64,000 nucleotides of DNA from Planctomycetota bacterium (GTDB lineage: Bacteria; Planctomycetota; PLA2; JAEUHO01). The position numbers were made by a program, and so were the translations under genes. Positions 60,333 to 64,000 of the stretch are shown here, one piece after another. The stretch's first letter is position 1. Each line of letters starts with the position of its first letter. Location: NCBI GenBank assembly GCA_965222115.1, contig CBDCTJ010000001.1, forward strand, positions 160,001-224,000, written 5' to 3'. The notes below the pieces were generated by a model that had not been told where the DNA came from, did not search any database, and saw nothing but the letters and a program-made list of their open reading frames with translations.

Positions 60333-60554
60333 TCAGTCTCCTGACCCGCTTTCCGTCCGTGCCTCGCCGGTCCCAACCGTTGGCGGAAGTGGCACAACCT
60401 GTTCGGGTGACGCCTTGGGCCCCACGATCCAGCGACGGGCGTCCTCGCCTTCCTTCGTGCCGCAGTTGCGAACGAGTGCGAACACACCCGCGGCAAGGAA
60501 CACGAGCGCCATAAACGCGCCCCACTTCCAGCGCTGCACAAAGGTCGAACTCAC
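60333..60554 (-). CDS. Small single-TM hypothetical protein
   Basis: Starts immediately after the multiheme stop; one hydrophobic helix. Confidence 0.4.
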   Translation of the reverse strand: MSSTFVQRWKWGAFMALVFLAAGVFALVRNCGTKEGEDARRWIVGPKASPEQVVPLPPTVGTGEARTESGSGD

Positions 60555-63500
60555 CTACTTATCCTCTGACGACGATGACTCAACCGGCGATAGGTCGTCC
60601 TCATAGTGCCAAATGACATAATCGGTGAGTGCATCCATCTGAACACGAGCCAACTCGCGGAACGCGCGTGCCTTGCGCTCGGCGTCGTCGCTCTCAAAGT
60701 CGGCCACCCACTGGAGGTCGTTTCGAAGCTGAAACTGGAACTTGCGAACGTTTTCGTCCACCTTCCGCGAGTTGCCATCGAGCTGCGAGTAGAAGCCCGG
60801 CATGCTCGTGCCGTCGATCAGATGCAGCGGCTCGTTGATGAGCATGCGCACCCAGCCGTGGCGGAGGCGCTCACGCGTGAGCGAGAAGGGCGGCGAAACA
60901 CCGCCCTTTCCAGGCTCAACGCCTGGCGTGCCCTCTGGCAGGTGACACATATTGCAATTGTGGGCCTCAAAGAGCTGCTTGGCCTCGTCAATCGCGTTCT
61001 CGAAACCACCCCCGTACGACTTGCCCACGAGCTGGCTGTCGGGCTGTGGAATCGTCATGCCCTGATCGGGTCCCGCCAAACGAATGAAGTAGCGCGTGAG
61101 GGCCTCGGCCTCTTCGTCCGTGAATTCAAACTCCGGCATATGAACCTGGACGATCGGACGTAAGTCGATGGGTTTCTTCAAGAACTTGTGCAGCCACTCG
61201 GTGCGTGTTCGCAGGCCTTGCGTAAACAGATTGGGCGGCAGCACTTTACCTGGCACCGACTGATCGCTCAGGTAGCCCCAAAGCAACCCGCGCTTGCCCT
61301 CAATGGTGTGGCAGTTGTTGCAGCCATAGCGATTGACGACGCGGCGGCCATTGATAATGTCGCGTTGATAGTTATTGGGCTTGAAGAGCGCGCCATCCTT
61401 GATGGGCTCCTTGACGAAACCAAGCAGCATGCCCACAACCGATGTGCGCGTGGGAATCCACGTCTCGGCTTCTTCTTCGTCGGCGGGCGGCTCTTCATCC
61501 ATGCGGAAATTGAAGCGCGGCATGCGCGACTTGTCTTGCCACACTTTCTCGCGCGCGTAGTCCCAGATCCGCGGGGTCTTGATCTTGTTGAGGAAGAACG
61601 ACTGACGCGAATGGTGAATGAGATCGTGGGGAATCATGCCAAAGTCGAGCTGGTGCAAGTCTTTGATGCCGTGGCGCGACAACTCAACGCCAATGGGCTG
61701 ATCCTTTTCATGCCCCGCAACGCCGTGGCAACCAAAGCAGCCATGTTGCGCCATGAGTTTCTCGCCAACCTTTGCAAGCAGCGTCGCGAGGCTCGAGGCG
61801 TCGCCGACGCCCCCGGCCTCCGCCTCAATCGCGCGACGGCGCAACCACGTGCCTTCCTTGGTCTTGCCGAAGAAGGTCTCGTACATATCGGCCAAGATGT
61901 CTTTGTAGTTGGATGGGAACTGCGTGGCCGGCAGCCCGTCGAACTCTTCATCCTTGAACGACAAAAGGTAATCGATGATGTCGGCGCGTTGTTGTGCCGC
62001 AGAGATCTCAACCTTGCCTGAAACGGGATTCACCACGTCCTCGATGCGCATATTGGGCATCAACGTGTGTGCGGTGTAGTGGCGGGGACGCATCAACCAA
62101 GCGTTGAGCCACTTGCGATCTTTGAGCTTGCTTCCAAGCGAATTGAGTCGCGGGCCGCGCATTAGGAGCGGGTCGCCATTGAAGCGCGGATTCATGGGGC
62201 TGTCGGGCTCGTAGTTCTCGCCAGCGCCCACCTTTACCTCAGGCAACACGTGACAGGCAGAACACCCGAGTTCATTTACGAGTTTGCGACCGTTCTCGAT
62301 GTTTCCTTGCGGAAGCTCAAGGTGATAGTTGGGATCGGCATCGGGGCCTTCGTCCAAGCGCGAGAAGATGGGGCCAACCGCGTTGCCTTCTTTGTCCTTG
62401 GGGCGCTGGTTCATCAAGTACGTGGCCATCGCCTTGATTTCGACGTTGATGCGATCGACATCGGCCTGCGTCATCTGTGGACCCAAGCGCTCGGCGAACT
62501 TGGGATCGAGCATGTGCGCGTCCATCACGGCACGGATGTCGAGTTTGCCGTCGGCGGTACGCTTGGCGTTCCAGTCGCGATCCTTGTTCACGAAGTAGAA
62601 GAACGAAGGCATCTTGGTGTCAATGCGATAGGCCTCGGGATAACGAATCCACTTTTCGAGCCACGTCATGTCCACCTTGTCTCGAATGTAGGTGAGGTCG
62701 GGGCCCACGCGCGGCGGTGTATCGGGATAGCCGACTTGCTTGCCGAAGTCTTTGACTTTGTGGCATCCCTGGCAGCCATAACGGATAATGGCGTCTTCGC
62801 CCCGCGCGTAGCGCTCGGCCTCCCAGTCAAATGCGTGCACCATGCTGTCGAGCACGCTTTCGTCCACTTCTTCGTTGTCTTCGAAGTGATCGGCGAGCGA
62901 ATCGTATAGCGCGTCGGCGATGTCAATGCGCGTGCCATCAACGGGCTTGGGCGCGCGCGGCAGGCGGAACTCGTCGTAGACCTCCATCGGGCCCAAGAGG
63001 CGATTGCCCAGTGCGCCGGGATCTTCGGGGTCGGCCCACTGGCCGAGCGGCATGTAGTCCTTGCGCGTCTTGTCAACGTCAGGGGGATCTTTCACCATCC
63101 CATGGTCAAGCGACTCGTGATACGTGACGGGATAAAACATCCCTTCTTTGTGGCACTTAAAGCACTGCCCCTGAACGTACTTAAGCGGAATCATGGGAAA
63201 ATCGATGTATTTAGCTTTGTACCAATCGTGTTGCTCTTCCCACTGATGCTGTTGTTCGTGGTCGCGCGGCGTGTGTGAGGCGCGCGCAAAATCGGTGGAC
63301 CACCCCACGCCGTGGTGACAAACACTGCAACCAATCTTGTCCATCTTGTGAGGACTCTTCGATCCCAACATGAGATCGAGGCCCGGGTGCGCCTGCATGA
63401 AGGCCGGAATGTCGAGCGACTCGATGAGTTCGGTCCGCGCCACGTCTTCTTCGTCTTCTGATTCGGGATCGAACTCGAAGTCTTTTTGATCGACGCCCGT

Positions 63501-64000
63501 GTGACACGTAATGCAGCGATCGACCTTTCTATTGGTTGCGAAGTTCCAGTTGTCGTGAATGTCGTCGAGGACGATCTGCCGCACCTTGATAGACGGCGAA
63601 ATGAAGTCAGCAAACGGCGCGTTACGCCACTGGTTCTTCTCGTAGAGTCCCGAAAGTCCCTCCAGCTTGGCCTGCTGCGTGGTGAGCGTGTGTTCGATTT
63701 CGGCAAGTTCCGCAGTCTTGACACGCCAGTCTTCTTCTAGCGCCGCGATGGCGTCGCGAACTTCCGCGTGATCGGCAGCTCGGTTTCGAAATTCCGTCTC
63801 GGCATCGAACAACATCTGCGCTTGACGATTGACATCTTTGCCCGCTTCGATCATGGCCTCGCGGGCGCTCTTCACTTCGCTGCTGTCGGGAGCGTGCCCG
63901 GCCTGGAGCTCTTCCTGCACACGCCGCTTGGCCATCTCGTAGATGTACTTTGCCGGTCCGAGGAGGCCCTTAATGCCCTTCACTTTTGCGTCGGCCGCCA
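60555..64000 (-). CDS. Large multiheme cytochrome c (at least 8 CxxCH; 5' end outside window)
   Basis: CITCH, CSVCH, CFKCH, CQGCH, CSACH, CFGCH, CNNCH, CNMCH; frame open to the window edge; N-terminal coiled coil. Confidence 0.88.
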   Translation of the reverse strand, partial: AADAKVKGIKGLLGPAKYIYEMAKRRVQEELQAGHAPDSSEVKSAREAMIEAGKDVNRQAQMLFDAETEFRNRAADHAEVRDAIAALEEDWRVKTAELAEIEHTLTTQQAKLEGLSGLYEKNQWRNAPFADFISPSIKVRQIVLDDIHDNWNFATNRKVDRCITCHTGVDQKDFEFDPESEDEEDVARTELIESLDIPAFMQAHPGLDLMLGSKSPHKMDKIGCSVCHHGVGWSTDFARASHTPRDHEQQHQWEEQHDWYKAKYIDFPMIPLKYVQGQCFKCHKEGMFYPVTYHESLDHGMVKDPPDVDKTRKDYMPLGQWADPEDPGALGNRLLGPMEVYDEFRLPRAPKPVDGTRIDIADALYDSLADHFEDNEEVDESVLDSMVHAFDWEAERYARGEDAIIRYGCQGCHKVKDFGKQVGYPDTPPRVGPDLTYIRDKVDMTWLEKWIRYPEAYRIDTKMPSFFYFVNKDRDWNAKRTADGKLDIRAVMDAHMLDPKFAERLGPQMTQADVDRINVEIKAMATYLMNQRPKDKEGNAVGPIFSRLDEGPDADPNYHLELPQGNIENGRKLVNELGCSACHVLPEVKVGAGENYEPDSPMNPRFNGDPLLMRGPRLNSLGSKLKDRKWLNAWLMRPRHYTAHTLMPNMRIEDVVNPVSGKVEISAAQQRADIIDYLLSFKDEEFDGLPATQFPSNYKDILADMYETFFGKTKEGTWLRRRAIEAEAGGVGDASSLATLLAKVGEKLMAQHGCFGCHGVAGHEKDQPIGVELSRHGIKDLHQLDFGMIPHDLIHHSRQSFFLNKIKTPRIWDYAREKVWQDKSRMPRFNFRMDEEPPADEEEAETWIPTRTSVVGMLLGFVKEPIKDGALFKPNNYQRDIINGRRVVNRYGCNNCHTIEGKRGLLWGYLSDQSVPGKVLPPNLFTQGLRTRTEWLHKFLKKPIDLRPIVQVHMPEFEFTDEEAEALTRYFIRLAGPDQGMTIPQPDSQLVGKSYGGGFENAIDEAKQLFEAHNCNMCHLPEGTPGVEPGKGGVSPPFSLTRERLRHGWVRMLINEPLHLIDGTSMPGFYSQLDGNSRKVDENVRKFQFQLRNDLQWVADFESDDAERKARAFRELARVQMDALTDYVIWHYEDDLSPVESSSSEDK

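Noticed and set aside
1-64000. CRISPR arrays, tRNA/rRNA, transposases, integrases
   Set aside because: No regularly spaced repeats, RNA-gene signatures or recombinase motifs seen; manual inspection only

Overview
Bacterial, GC-rich window; gene content suggests a Planctomycetota-like organism (inference). It has four zones. (1) 1-11 kb: the left arm of a lasso-peptide (RiPP) pathway: PqqD/RRE protein, PRMT-like methyltransferase, HPr-kinase-like peptide kinase, B2 leader peptidase and ABC exporter. These are interleaved with two paralogous lipoprotein/beta-barrel genes and a GT4, and flanked by a PP2C phosphatase. (2) 11-40.6 kb: a Wzx/Wzy-type, probably sulfated, polysaccharide locus with scrambled gene orientation, a decayed APS-kinase remnant and an amber-interrupted ligase-like gene. 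It includes wza, wzc, wzx, a wzy-like gene, wecA, rmlAB, cysDNC, two sulfotransferases, GTs, an ATP-grasp ligase and a deacetylase. (3) 40.7-49.6 kb: the right arm of the lasso pathway: two short precursor genes hidden inside longer ORF calls, two paralogous lasso cyclases, a GT2, a nucleotidyltransferase and an FHA-GAF sigma54 activator. (4) 49.9-64 kb: MerR-ParA, waaF, a rearranged cbb3 oxidase cluster, a cupredoxin-like lipoprotein and a truncated multiheme cytochrome c. The main candidate for a new system is the two-precursor, two-cyclase lasso pathway split into two arms around the polysaccharide locus, with an unusual tailoring set. All calls come from motif recognition by eye; no database searches were run.
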